Assembly (NCBI GenBank): GCA_965203355.1
Contig: OZ241889.1
Span: 1,120,001 to 1,184,000 of the forward strand
Source: Candidatus Latescibacterota bacterium
GTDB taxonomy: Bacteria > Latescibacterota > UBA2968 > UBA8231
Direction of reading: 5' to 3'
Length of the DNA: 64,000 nt
The notes under the pieces are model-generated. The model ran no database searches and was not told where the DNA came from. It was given only the letters and a program-made list of their open reading frames with translations. Position numbers and translations under genes: made by a program. Below, in pieces: positions 9,530 to 18,414 of the stretch; positions within the stretch are counted from its first letter, which is position 1; every line of letters starts with the position of its first letter.

Positions 9530-10480
9530 ATGCGCTCTCTATTGCTGTTATTCGCCCTCATTATGGCGGGCTGCTATGCGGCCTCGCTCGGGCCAGACCC
9601 CTTGGGCCCCTTTGCCGCGCGCACCGACCACCTCCACCGCCTAGAACCGCTCGGCGAGCGCATCTTGCACGGGGCCGCGCTCAGCTTTGGACCGCTCGAT
9701 TCCGAAGATCGCTCGCGCCCGCTGGTCTATGCCGTGTACTACGCGCTCCACGACCTGCCCTACGACTGGCATCTAGCTGTACGCACGCATCTGGACCAAC
9801 ACGCAGGCTACGGTCTGCCGCAAATCGACCTTGGTTTTAACGCGGCCGGCCAGCCCTACGAGGCGGCCATTGCCGCAGGCCAATTCGACGAGGCGATTGA
9901 GCGGCTCTGCTGGGGGTTACAGCAGCTAGATCGCCCGGCCCTGCTGCGGTTGGGCTATGCGTTCAATAGCTCTTGGCGTGCCTATGAGGCGACGAGCTAT
10001 GTCGAGGCTTGGCAGCGGCTAGCGCAAACGCTGCGGGGTCGCTGGGGCTTGGACCACGTCGCGCTGGTTTGGACGCATAAGAACGATGGCGGGTCCGATT
10101 ACTTGGCCTACTATCCGGGGGATGAGTACGTCGATTGGTGGTCCGTTGACGTGGCGGCACCGCAAGACCTGCGGCTCAGCCGCGCCTTTGTCGAGGCGGC
10201 GCGGGAGCGCGGCTATCCCGTGCTCGTCGGCGTGGTCTCGCCTACCGACTTAGGCCGGGCCGAGCAGGCGTGGTCTCATTGGTTCATCCCCTTCCTCCGC
10301 TTTTTGCGTCACCACCCCAACATCAAGGCGTTTACTCACATAGATTGGGACTGGTCGCAAGCGGAGCGCTTTGTCGATCCCATACTCTTTGCGCGCTACC
10401 GCAGCGAGTTGACGCACCCGATTTACCAACACGTGGTCTCGCCCGCCGATTTGCACTGGCACCTAAATCTCGATCCTTAG
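9530..10480 (+). CDS. GH26-like lipoprotein, probably catalytically inactive
   Basis: Lipobox IMAGC and YYPGDEYVDW motif. LRLGYAFN and VLVGVVS lack the catalytic Glu residues. Confidence 0.65.
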   Translation: MRSLLLLFALIMAGCYAASLGPDPLGPFAARTDHLHRLEPLGERILHGAALSFGPLDSEDRSRPLVYAVYYALHDLPYDWHLAVRTHLDQHAGYGLPQIDLGFNAAGQPYEAAIAAGQFDEAIERLCWGLQQLDRPALLRLGYAFNSSWRAYEATSYVEAWQRLAQTLRGRWGLDHVALVWTHKNDGGSDYLAYYPGDEYVDWWSVDVAAPQDLRLSRAFVEAARERGYPVLVGVVSPTDLGRAEQAWSHWFIPFLRFLRHHPNIKAFTHIDWDWSQAERFVDPILFARYRSELTHPIYQHVVSPADLHWHLNLDP

Positions 10481-10529
10481 AGAAAGGGCGCCGGAGATGG
10501 AGCAAGGATAAAGAGGGGGTTGTAGTGCG

Positions 10530-11759
10530 ATGAAGCGAGCGGAACTTCTCGAACTGATAGCGGGCGGCGAGAACTCTGGAGTGGAGTTCAAGCGGGATGA
10601 TTTGCGGCCAGAGCAACTGGCGCGAGAGGTGGTGGCACTCGCCAACTTTCAGGGAGGTCGCGTCCTCCTCGGAGTAGAAGACGACGGCACCATCACCGGC
10701 ATCCAGCGGGACGATCTCGAGCAGTGGGTGATGGATTCTGTGTTTGGGCGGGTGGTGCATCCGATGATACTGCCGTTCTACGAGGAAATTCCGCTAGATG
10801 ATGTTCGCCGCGTTGCGGTTGTTACTGTCGCGCAAGGTGCTACTAAACCGTATGTCGTCCGGTATCGCGGGCGGGAAGACATCTACGTCCGGGTCGGCAG
10901 CACCGCTCGGCTGGCTTCGCGCGAGCAGCAGGCGCGGCTTTTTGCCGCTGGTGGGTTGATCCACACGGAGCTGTTGCCGGTTTCCGGCAGTGGCCTGTGC
11001 GATTTGAGTCGGGAACGGCTGGCGGACTATCTCACTGCCATCGTCGGCGACCGAGAAGTGCCGAAGACCGAGGAGGCGTGGAACGAGCGGCTTTGTGCGC
11101 TGGGGTTCATGGTCGAGCGGGCAGACGGGCCGCCCACCTGTACGATCGCCGGATTGATCTTGTTTGGCTATCGACCGCGCCGACTGTTGCGCCATGCTGG
11201 CATCCGCTGGATGTGCTTTGAGGGAGCGGAGAAAACCTACGATGCCATGGACGATCAAGTGCTCGAAGGGCCTCTGGTCGATCTGTGGCAGGTGCTGTCC
11301 GGGGGACGTGAACGGGTGGAAAAGGGGCTGATTGAACGCCTGGCCGATACCATGCGGCCGTTCGTGTCCGAGGAGGCGGAGCAAGTAGAAGCGTCTATGC
11401 GTCGAGAACGACGTTGGCACTATCCGCTCGAAGCACTGCGCGAAGGCGTTGTCAATGCGTTGACGCATCGGGACTGGACGCGGTACGAGGAGATTGAGGT
11501 GGTTCGTTATGCGGATCGGATAGAGATACTCAGCCCTGGTGCCTTGCAAAACGGCATGACGATTAAAAAAATGATCGCGGGCCAGCGAGTTCCGCGCAAT
11601 CTGCTCATCTCCGAGACGTTGCGGGATTATAGGTACGCGGATGCACGCGGTATGGGAGTGAGGAACAAAATTATTCCGTTGATGCGGGCGCACAACGGGA
11701 TTGACCCCGAATTTGAGGCGACAGAGGATTACTTGCGGTTGACGCTGCGCCGCGGCTGA
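10530..11759 (+). CDS. AlbA_2/Schlafen-like domain + RecG-C/HATPase-like domain protein
   Basis: GENSGVEFK, VALANFQGG..LLGVEDDG, ALREGVVNALTHRDW and RIEILSPG motifs. Confidence 0.8.
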   Translation: MKRAELLELIAGGENSGVEFKRDDLRPEQLAREVVALANFQGGRVLLGVEDDGTITGIQRDDLEQWVMDSVFGRVVHPMILPFYEEIPLDDVRRVAVVTVAQGATKPYVVRYRGREDIYVRVGSTARLASREQQARLFAAGGLIHTELLPVSGSGLCDLSRERLADYLTAIVGDREVPKTEEAWNERLCALGFMVERADGPPTCTIAGLILFGYRPRRLLRHAGIRWMCFEGAEKTYDAMDDQVLEGPLVDLWQVLSGGRERVEKGLIERLADTMRPFVSEEAEQVEASMRRERRWHYPLEALREGVVNALTHRDWTRYEEIEVVRYADRIEILSPGALQNGMTIKKMIAGQRVPRNLLISETLRDYRYADARGMGVRNKIIPLMRAHNGIDPEFEATEDYLRLTLRRG

Positions 11760-11850
11760 GGGATTGTAGGGTTGCCGCTGGAATGGACCGTGCGCCATTG
11801 CACGTACCTACCAAGCCAGCTAGTTTTCATCACATCAGAAAGGAGAGATC

Positions 11851-12648
11851 GTGACGTCAGAATACAAGGTTTTGCTCATCGGCGGGCGCGGCGCGATTGG
11901 CTCGGGCCTGCGGACCTATATGCCGCGGCTTGACTCGCGCTACCGCATGGTTTCCGTGGATTTGCCCGGTGCGCCAGACAAGGCGACCGAGCCAGATGCC
12001 GGAGGGGATTTTATCGACCTCGATATCATGGCATCGCCGGATGAATTCCGCGCCCTGATCCCCGGGTGCGACTTGGTCGTCTATCTGGCCCGCTGTGGCG
12101 GCTTGGCGGCCATGAACGAGATGACCGATTTGGTTTTTGAAGCACTATTAGCCCAAGACGAGCCGCCGATGATCGTTGGCTCCAGTTCAGTACACGCGGT
12201 TGATGGACTGTACGACTTTAACCAGCCGGGCTTCTTTTGGACGTTGGCCGAGCGGCAGTTCGACGCGATAAGCGAGTGGCCCGAGCGGATTTCCGCGGCC
12301 GTGCCGGCGCATCCGATCAACGACTACGGACGCGAAAAAGCCCACGTAGAGGCGTGGGTGCAGAAGGTCGCCGACCAGGGCCACAGCGCGGTTGCCATGC
12401 GCTGGGGCGGCGTCAACCCGCGCAATGCCGTCCGCGTAGCGGAACGGGGTTACTTTGCGGTCTGGTGTCACCAAGAGGACGCCGCCCGCTTGGTCCACGC
12501 CTGCTTCCAGCGGCATTGTGCTGGCGACCTGCCCAGCGGTGCCCACTACTTTGCGATCTCGGACAACACCTATAACATCTTTGACATTGAAACGCCCCGG
12601 CGCGAAGTCGGCTACGATCCAGTACACAACGCGGAGACGTATTACTAA
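11851..12648 (+). CDS. NAD-dependent epimerase/dehydratase family protein
   Basis: GGRGAIG, SSS and YGREK (YxxxK) motifs. Confidence 0.75.
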   Translation: MTSEYKVLLIGGRGAIGSGLRTYMPRLDSRYRMVSVDLPGAPDKATEPDAGGDFIDLDIMASPDEFRALIPGCDLVVYLARCGGLAAMNEMTDLVFEALLAQDEPPMIVGSSSVHAVDGLYDFNQPGFFWTLAERQFDAISEWPERISAAVPAHPINDYGREKAHVEAWVQKVADQGHSAVAMRWGGVNPRNAVRVAERGYFAVWCHQEDAARLVHACFQRHCAGDLPSGAHYFAISDNTYNIFDIETPRREVGYDPVHNAETYY

Positions 12649-13485
12649 ATGAACGACACAGAAAAATTTCTCTTTGATCTCCAGGGCTTCCTAAAGGTCC
12701 CCGGTTTCCTCGCGGCGGGCGAAGTTGATGCACTCAACGCGGCCTTTGACGCCAATGAAGACAAGCGCGGCGAAGACGGCAATCACAATACCGGCGGCAG
12801 CGACGCGCTCGGGGGCCGCCGACGCGGCATGTTCACGGGGATGCTCGAATGGGAAAAACCCCACTGCTTGCCCTTCCGCGCCTTATTGGCGCACAAAAAG
12901 CTCATCTCCTATCTCGACGCGCTCTTTGGTCGCGGCTGGAAGATGGATCACTCGCCCTTCATGCTCTGCGGCGGCAAGGGATCCGCGGGCCTAATCCTCC
13001 ACGGCTCGACTAGCCGCCACTTCAATGGCGCGCAGTACTATGCGTATGCCAACGACCAGATGCGCTGCGGCATGATCGTCTGCCAGTTCCAGCTCGCCGA
13101 CGTCGCCGAGGGGGACGGTGGGCTGTGCGTGATCCCAGGCAGCCACAAGGCCAACTTCCCGCTGCCGGAAAAAATTCGCCACTGGCAGGAGCACCGCGAG
13201 ATTGTGTACAACGTCCCCTGCAAGGCCGGCGACATGGTCATTTTCAACGAGGCGACTCTACACGGTACGCTCCCGTGGACGGCCGAGCATGAGCGGCGTG
13301 CGCTGCTCTACCGCTACTCACCTAAGTACCTGCACTTTGCCGGTGGCACCTATCAGACCAGCCAGCCGGAATGGGTCCGCGAGTTGACCGCGGCGCAACA
13401 GGCCGTGCTCGAACCGCCCTATATCTACAACCGGCCACTGGTGGAAGCCGATGGCGAAAGTGTGGTGCGGCCGCGGACGGGCTGA
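12649..13485 (+). CDS. Phytanoyl-CoA dioxygenase (PhyH) family Fe(II)/2OG enzyme
   Basis: FDLQGFL, GGLCVIPGSHK, AGDMVIF, HGT and RRALLY motifs. Confidence 0.85.
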   Translation: MNDTEKFLFDLQGFLKVPGFLAAGEVDALNAAFDANEDKRGEDGNHNTGGSDALGGRRRGMFTGMLEWEKPHCLPFRALLAHKKLISYLDALFGRGWKMDHSPFMLCGGKGSAGLILHGSTSRHFNGAQYYAYANDQMRCGMIVCQFQLADVAEGDGGLCVIPGSHKANFPLPEKIRHWQEHREIVYNVPCKAGDMVIFNEATLHGTLPWTAEHERRALLYRYSPKYLHFAGGTYQTSQPEWVRELTAAQQAVLEPPYIYNRPLVEADGESVVRPRTG

Positions 13486-13528
13486 TCGCTCTATTCGCGG
13501 ATGTGGCCCTAACTCAGAAAGGACTCCT

Positions 13529-14542
13529 ATGCCAATCATTGCTGCCAACGATCCCCGCCTGACGTGGAGCGGTGCGATTTCACTTAAAGAAGGGCCGGGC
13601 TGGGCCAAGCCTTGGCGCATTCCCCACGGGGATTTGGACTTGTACTCGCCCGGAGAGAGCGGCCTTGCCGAGCGCGCTGAGATGCCTTCGGGTGTGCGCG
13701 TGCGCTTGGCTACGGATGCTGAGGAATTGGTCGTCGGCTGCGAGCCGCTAGCCGAGGACGGCTGCTTTGACCTGTGCATCGGTGGGCAGATCGCAGCTAC
13801 CGCCCCGTATGCGGCCGGCGCGACTGAGGTGCGCTTTGCGGGCGTACCGGCGGGCGAGAAATCCGTGGAGATTTGGCTGTCGCCAGCTATGCCCGTGGCC
13901 GTGCGCCACCTTGCATTGCCCGAGGGAACACATGGCGAAAAAAGCGAGGACACTCGGCTGAAGTGGGTCGCGTATGGCAGCTCGATCACCCACTGCCGCA
14001 CCGCGGGATCGCCCGCCACCACTTGGCCTGGGGTGGTGGCTCGCGCCCGCGACTTCAACCTCACGTCGCTGGGCTTCGGCGGCCAATGCCACGCCGACCC
14101 GTTCATTGCCCGGCTGATCCGCGACCAGCCCGCGGACTTTATCTCGGTCAAGGTCGGCATCAACATCTACGGGGCCGCCAGCCTCGGCCCGCGCGCCTTC
14201 CGCCCGGCTGTCCTCGGCACCATTGCCACCATCCGCGACGGCCATCCCCACACCCCGTTTGTGGTCTGCTCGCCGATTTGGGGCCACGACCGCGAGGCTA
14301 CGCCCAATGCGGTCGGCCTGACGTTGGAGCAGATGCGCGTCGAGGTTGCAGAAGCTGTGGAGGCGTTCAAAAGGCGCGGCGATGAGAACATCTACTACCT
14401 AGACGGCCTCAAGCTCTTTGGCGAAAGCCTCGCCGAGTATCTGCCGGACAACCTTCATCCAGACGCGAACGGCTACGTGCGGATGGGAGAGAATTTTCTC
14501 GCCGAAGTGTTTGGGGTGCAGGGGGTGGAGGTGGGAAACTAG
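13529..14542 (+). CDS. SGNH/GDSL hydrolase
   Basis: YGSSIT, LGFGG, GIN and DNLHP motifs. Confidence 0.85.
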   Translation: MPIIAANDPRLTWSGAISLKEGPGWAKPWRIPHGDLDLYSPGESGLAERAEMPSGVRVRLATDAEELVVGCEPLAEDGCFDLCIGGQIAATAPYAAGATEVRFAGVPAGEKSVEIWLSPAMPVAVRHLALPEGTHGEKSEDTRLKWVAYGSSITHCRTAGSPATTWPGVVARARDFNLTSLGFGGQCHADPFIARLIRDQPADFISVKVGINIYGAASLGPRAFRPAVLGTIATIRDGHPHTPFVVCSPIWGHDREATPNAVGLTLEQMRVEVAEAVEAFKRRGDENIYYLDGLKLFGESLAEYLPDNLHPDANGYVRMGENFLAEVFGVQGVEVGN

Positions 14543-14563
14543 AGAGCGGAGATATATTTTGCT

Positions 14564-14788
14564 ATGGCCCTGCTCATTCCCATCTTTGCTCTCTTGGCGG
14601 CTTGGACGATACTGCTCTACGGGTTCTGGCAGTACAAGCGAAGCCAAGCCTTGAAGCCATACACGCCCAAACGGGAACGCGCCCGCGGCATCTGCCCTCG
14701 ATCTTTCCCGAAAACACCAACTGGACTTCAGGCTCGACCGGGAACTCAACGCCCTAGAGCGCCAGCGCGGAATGCGCGTTCCCTATAA
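14564..14788 (+). CDS. Small hypothetical membrane protein
   Basis: N-terminal TM helix, basic tail, ggag RBS. Confidence 0.4.
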   Translation: MALLIPIFALLAAWTILLYGFWQYKRSQALKPYTPKRERARGICPRSFPKTPTGLQARPGTQRPRAPARNARSL

Positions 14789-14859
14789 CCAGCGGTGGTT
14801 GGCGTCAACGGCTTCAGTCGCCGGGTCAGGTGCTCAGCTCTCTTGGCGTCCCGGCTGCT

Positions 14860-16110
14860 TCACGGCCCGTAGTTGATCTTCCACTTGCTCAAATCCGGTC
14901 GGTGCGCTCGTTGTCGTTCTAACTCGTGCGCGTAAATAACCCGGCCTAGTTCGGCCAAAAACGGCAGCCCCACCTCGTCGTACTCGTAGGCCCCATCGTT
15001 AAAAATGCCGTTGTCGTTTACCAACGCCACGGCCGTCAGCAAAAACTCGACCCCGCGCTCAAAATCGACGATATAAGCGTTATCCGTCACATATCCGTAA
15101 GCCAGCCCCACCTTGTTGAAAATCCGCACTGAGTCGGGCATGGGGGCCTTGCTGTCGCCGAACATGAAAAACTTTACGTAGCTGTCGTAGTACTTTTCCG
15201 GGTCGTACTGGGGCTGGGGACACTCGTGCGGCAGCATGGACATGGCGCGGTAGAGGAAGCGGTAGTCGTCGGGCCGCAGGCCGAAGCGCTGTTCTGCGGG
15301 CAACGCCTCGGGGAAAAACACGGCCATGAGCAGGTCTTGCAGCACTCCTACCGACATGTAGTTCGAGCCGGCGAAATCCTTGGGCGCGGCCACTAGTGCT
15401 CCGCCTTGGATGTGTCCCTCGCCCTTGAAGATCGGTGCCGGCGCGCGCCACGTATGCGGATTGACTAGCATGGGCTGTTGGTAGAGGACGTGGTCGCCTC
15501 GGTAGAACGCCAGCGGATTTGTGTGCCGGTTTTCCTCGGGCGAGTGCGCGATGGCGAGCCGGTGCGTCAAGCGCACGTCCCGGTAGCCCTTCTCCCATAG
15601 CCCTTCGTTCATCCGCTGCTGCCCCACGAACTCGTAGAGCCGATTGTACGCGTCGTTGTCGCTGACGGCGAAGAGCTTGCGAATGTAGTGGGCGATGGTG
15701 GGCAGCCCATCCGGTGCGGTTGGATCGGTACGCACGGCGGTCTGCCCGCTGAAGGTGCTGTCGATGCGGACGGGCGTCTGCCGGTCCACGCCCGCTACGC
15801 CTAGTTGATTGAGCTTTTCCAGCGCCAGCAGGGCACCCGCTAGCTTGATCGTGCTCGCCGGATAAAAATAATCCTGCGGATTGACGCGGTACTCGTGGCG
15901 GGTAAAGCGCGGTCGGTTGTCGGCGTCGCGGTCAATTTGCGTATAGAGGATCTGCACCTCGTGCTTGGCCGCCGCCGCGAGCACGGGCGCGCAGATGGGA
16001 TTGGAGCGCAACAAGGATTCGAGCAAGGTTTCTCCGTTTCCGCAGACCGCAGCCGGATAGATGAAAGTCGCAAAAATCGCAACGACTGCGTTGGCTCTAT
16101 TTTTAAGCAT
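14860..16110 (-). CDS. Class A beta-lactamase-related serine hydrolase, secreted
   Basis: YPASTIK (SxxK), SDN and NKVG motifs, signal peptide. Confidence 0.8.
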   Translation of the reverse strand: MLKNRANAVVAIFATFIYPAAVCGNGETLLESLLRSNPICAPVLAAAAKHEVQILYTQIDRDADNRPRFTRHEYRVNPQDYFYPASTIKLAGALLALEKLNQLGVAGVDRQTPVRIDSTFSGQTAVRTDPTAPDGLPTIAHYIRKLFAVSDNDAYNRLYEFVGQQRMNEGLWEKGYRDVRLTHRLAIAHSPEENRHTNPLAFYRGDHVLYQQPMLVNPHTWRAPAPIFKGEGHIQGGALVAAPKDFAGSNYMSVGVLQDLLMAVFFPEALPAEQRFGLRPDDYRFLYRAMSMLPHECPQPQYDPEKYYDSYVKFFMFGDSKAPMPDSVRIFNKVGLAYGYVTDNAYIVDFERGVEFLLTAVALVNDNGIFNDGAYEYDEVGLPFLAELGRVIYAHELERQRAHRPDLSKWKINYGP

Positions 16111-16139
16111 GGGCGAAAAGGTAGAACCGGCGCATTCGC

Positions 16140-16850
16140 TTATTCAGATGGCGGGAGTGCGCTTTGGCCGATGGTCTCGATGAAGACTCCGACGAATATC
16201 CAGACTAGCCACAAAAGCCCAAGTGAGAGGGTTGCCTTGCGCACGGGCGCGTTGGCCAGCGCACTTAACCCGACGCCCATGATCCCAATTTGCCACAGGT
16301 CAAAGAGATTGAGGGCCGCAAGAATCCGGCCGCCAAACGTGGCGGCGGCTTCCTCGGATAAAAAGAGGCCCAGCCCCAGATGCGCCCCCATGTCGCCGGT
16401 TGCCAGCACCAGCACCACGCGCACCACCCACTCGATGGCTACCACCAACAGCGCATACGCTTTGACGATCAGCATTTGCCGGTAGCTGACCTCGGCTTGG
16501 AAAGCGGAACGCGCCAGCAGCAAAAGCACGCCTCCGACCGCGATCAGTGAGAAAAAAAGCCCCACCGGGACCACCATCCAGCCATGCGCTTGGAAGGCTT
16601 CTGCTTGCTGCCGCTCGGCCTCGTCCAAGCGTTCTAGCTGCTCTTGGATGGCCGGTGCCCCTACATCGAGGGTCAGGTTGTAGCAGCCAACTCCCACCGC
16701 GCAAACCAAGAGGACTGGTAGCAACCAGTCGTGGGCGCTTTCTTGGCCGCGCACCGCGTCAAAAGCGGTGCGCGGTGCGTAAAAAACGCGCTGCATCCGT
16801 GCGAAAAGGCTTAGGTCTTCGGCGGCAAACCCCGGTCCGGTTGCGCTCAT
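16140..16850 (-). CDS. Yip1 family membrane protein
   Basis: VFYAPRTAF, 5 TM helices, NLFDLW. Confidence 0.75.
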   Translation of the reverse strand: MSATGPGFAAEDLSLFARMQRVFYAPRTAFDAVRGQESAHDWLLPVLLVCAVGVGCYNLTLDVGAPAIQEQLERLDEAERQQAEAFQAHGWMVVPVGLFFSLIAVGGVLLLLARSAFQAEVSYRQMLIVKAYALLVVAIEWVVRVVLVLATGDMGAHLGLGLFLSEEAAATFGGRILAALNLFDLWQIGIMGVGLSALANAPVRKATLSLGLLWLVWIFVGVFIETIGQSALPPSE

Positions 16851-17037
16851 GGGCTGTTTATCTCCATCTATTCCTATTGAATTCCTTTAATATAGAAGCC
16901 GTCGTGCCCATGCCAAACGAAGAATTAGAGGATTAGTTGCTTGTGTTACGGCTGAGATTGACTATATTTAGCCTTTCGTTTGTCTCTGCAATAGTTGTAG
17001 GGGCGTTCAGACCACGTTGGCAGTCGTTCGGATTCGC

Positions 17038-17103
17038 GTAGATTCCTACCCCCGGGCCAGATGTAGTTCTCCTACCGAAAAGCCTGAAGCAGTAGATTCC
17101 TAC
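17038..17103 (+). promoter_or_regulatory. Three GTAG-loop-CTAC mini-hairpins in the csp leader
   Basis: gtagattcctac at 17038, gtagttctcctac at 17063 and gtagattcctac at 17092. Confidence 0.5.
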
Positions 17104-17156
17104 TCAAAGTTATTCGCACGTCCTGCTATAACCGCACATTGCAAAGGATTTTACCC

Positions 17157-17366
17157 ATGGCAGATCGCGAGAAGGGAACCGTAAAGTGGTTCAACGACGC
17201 GAAGGGCTTCGGATTTATTGAGCGCGAGAATGGCGAAGATGTTTTCGTCCATCACAGCGCGATCCGGTCCGAGGGTTTTCGCACCTTGTCCGACGGGCAG
17301 CAGGTGGAATTTGAAGTCGTTCAGGGCAAGAAAGGCCCGGCGGCTGAGAGCGTCGTAGCACTTTAA
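17157..17366 (+). CDS. cspA: Cold-shock protein
   Basis: [15 protein letters not shown] and DVFVHHSAI motifs. Paralog identity within the Csp family is uncertain. Confidence 0.95.
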   Translation: MADREKGTVKWFNDAKGFGFIERENGEDVFVHHSAIRSEGFRTLSDGQQVEFEVVQGKKGPAAESVVAL

Positions 17367-17385
17367 GCCGTAGTCTTATAAGTGC

Positions 17386-17419
17386 AAAGGGGATGATGTA
17401 CACTGCATCATCCCCTTTT
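17386..17419 (+). terminator. Intrinsic terminator
   Basis: aaaggggatgatg/catcatcccctttt. Confidence 0.75.
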
Positions 17420-17433
17420 ATTTTGGAGTTTAG

Positions 17434-17700
17434 ATGAAGATTCGCGTTGATAATTTAGCGACTGACGTTACTGAAGACGACCTCCGCACGTTGTTTGAGT
17501 TGTTCGGGGCGGTCGCCGCTGCCACCATTGACCCGCGCCGCCGCTGGGGCCAAATCGACATGCCCAGTAAGGCCGCCGCCCGCGAGGCCATCGACATGCT
17601 CAACGGGCAAAATCTCAAGGGTTTAGACATGATCGTTGAGGAAATGGCCGAGCGGCCCACGCGCCCGCGCGGCAGGCCCCGCCGAGGCCGACGGCGCTAG
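17434..17700 (+). CDS. RRM RNA-binding protein
   Basis: KIRVDNL...TEDDLRTLFELFGAV...AREAIDMLNG, Arg/Gly-rich tail. Confidence 0.85.
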   Translation: MKIRVDNLATDVTEDDLRTLFELFGAVAAATIDPRRRWGQIDMPSKAAAREAIDMLNGQNLKGLDMIVEEMAERPTRPRGRPRRGRRR

Positions 17701-17703
17701 CCC

Positions 17704-18240
17704 TTACTCATACCATTGAGCTTGTAGGCTTAACAAGCGGCTGTACTCGCCGCCTTGGCGCATCAGGTCCTCGTGCGTCCCCGCCTTGATGAGCTGTCCC
17801 CCCTTGAGCACCAAAATCCGGTCGGCGATCCGTGCGGCACCGAGTCGGTGCGAAATCAACACTGAGGCTTTGCCTTGGGTCATCTCCCCAAAGTGCCGAT
17901 AGACTTCGGCTTCGGCTTTGGGGTCCAGGGCTGCGGTCGGCTCGTCTAGCACCACAAACTCAGCGGCCCGCACCAGGGCCCGCGCCATCGCCAGCTTCTG
18001 CCACTGTCCGGTCGATAAATCGGTGCCCCCCAGTTCCTTGCCCAGTAGCGTCTCGTACTGATTGGGAAATTCGGCGATAAACTTGGCCGCCCCCGCCCAT
18101 TGAGCCGCCTGCTCGACAGCCGCCTGTTCGCCCCAAGCCCCGAAGGCGATGTTGTCGCGCACTGAAAACTGGAAGCGCACAAAGTCTTGGAAGACGGCCG
18201 CAAAAAGCCGCTGGACCTGCTCCCGCGGCCATTCTGGTAG
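17704..18240 (-). pseudogene. 3' remnant of an ABC exporter ATPase gene
   Basis: AVFQDF Q-loop, LSTGQWQK, VLDEPT and ISHR present. No Walker A or TM domain, and an in-frame stop lies just upstream. Confidence 0.75.
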
Positions 18241-18414
18241 GGATGTTGGGGGCGTTTTGATTCACGTTTAAGGCACTGCCGTTTCAATTAACGCACGAAC
18301 ATGCACGATTACCACCCCGAAGCTCCCCAGTGCCATTTTGCCGCTGTACGCATAATTCCTTTTTATTTTTTCAGCTTCATCAATTAAAACAGTCAACGCG
18401 CAGGGACGCTGCTC

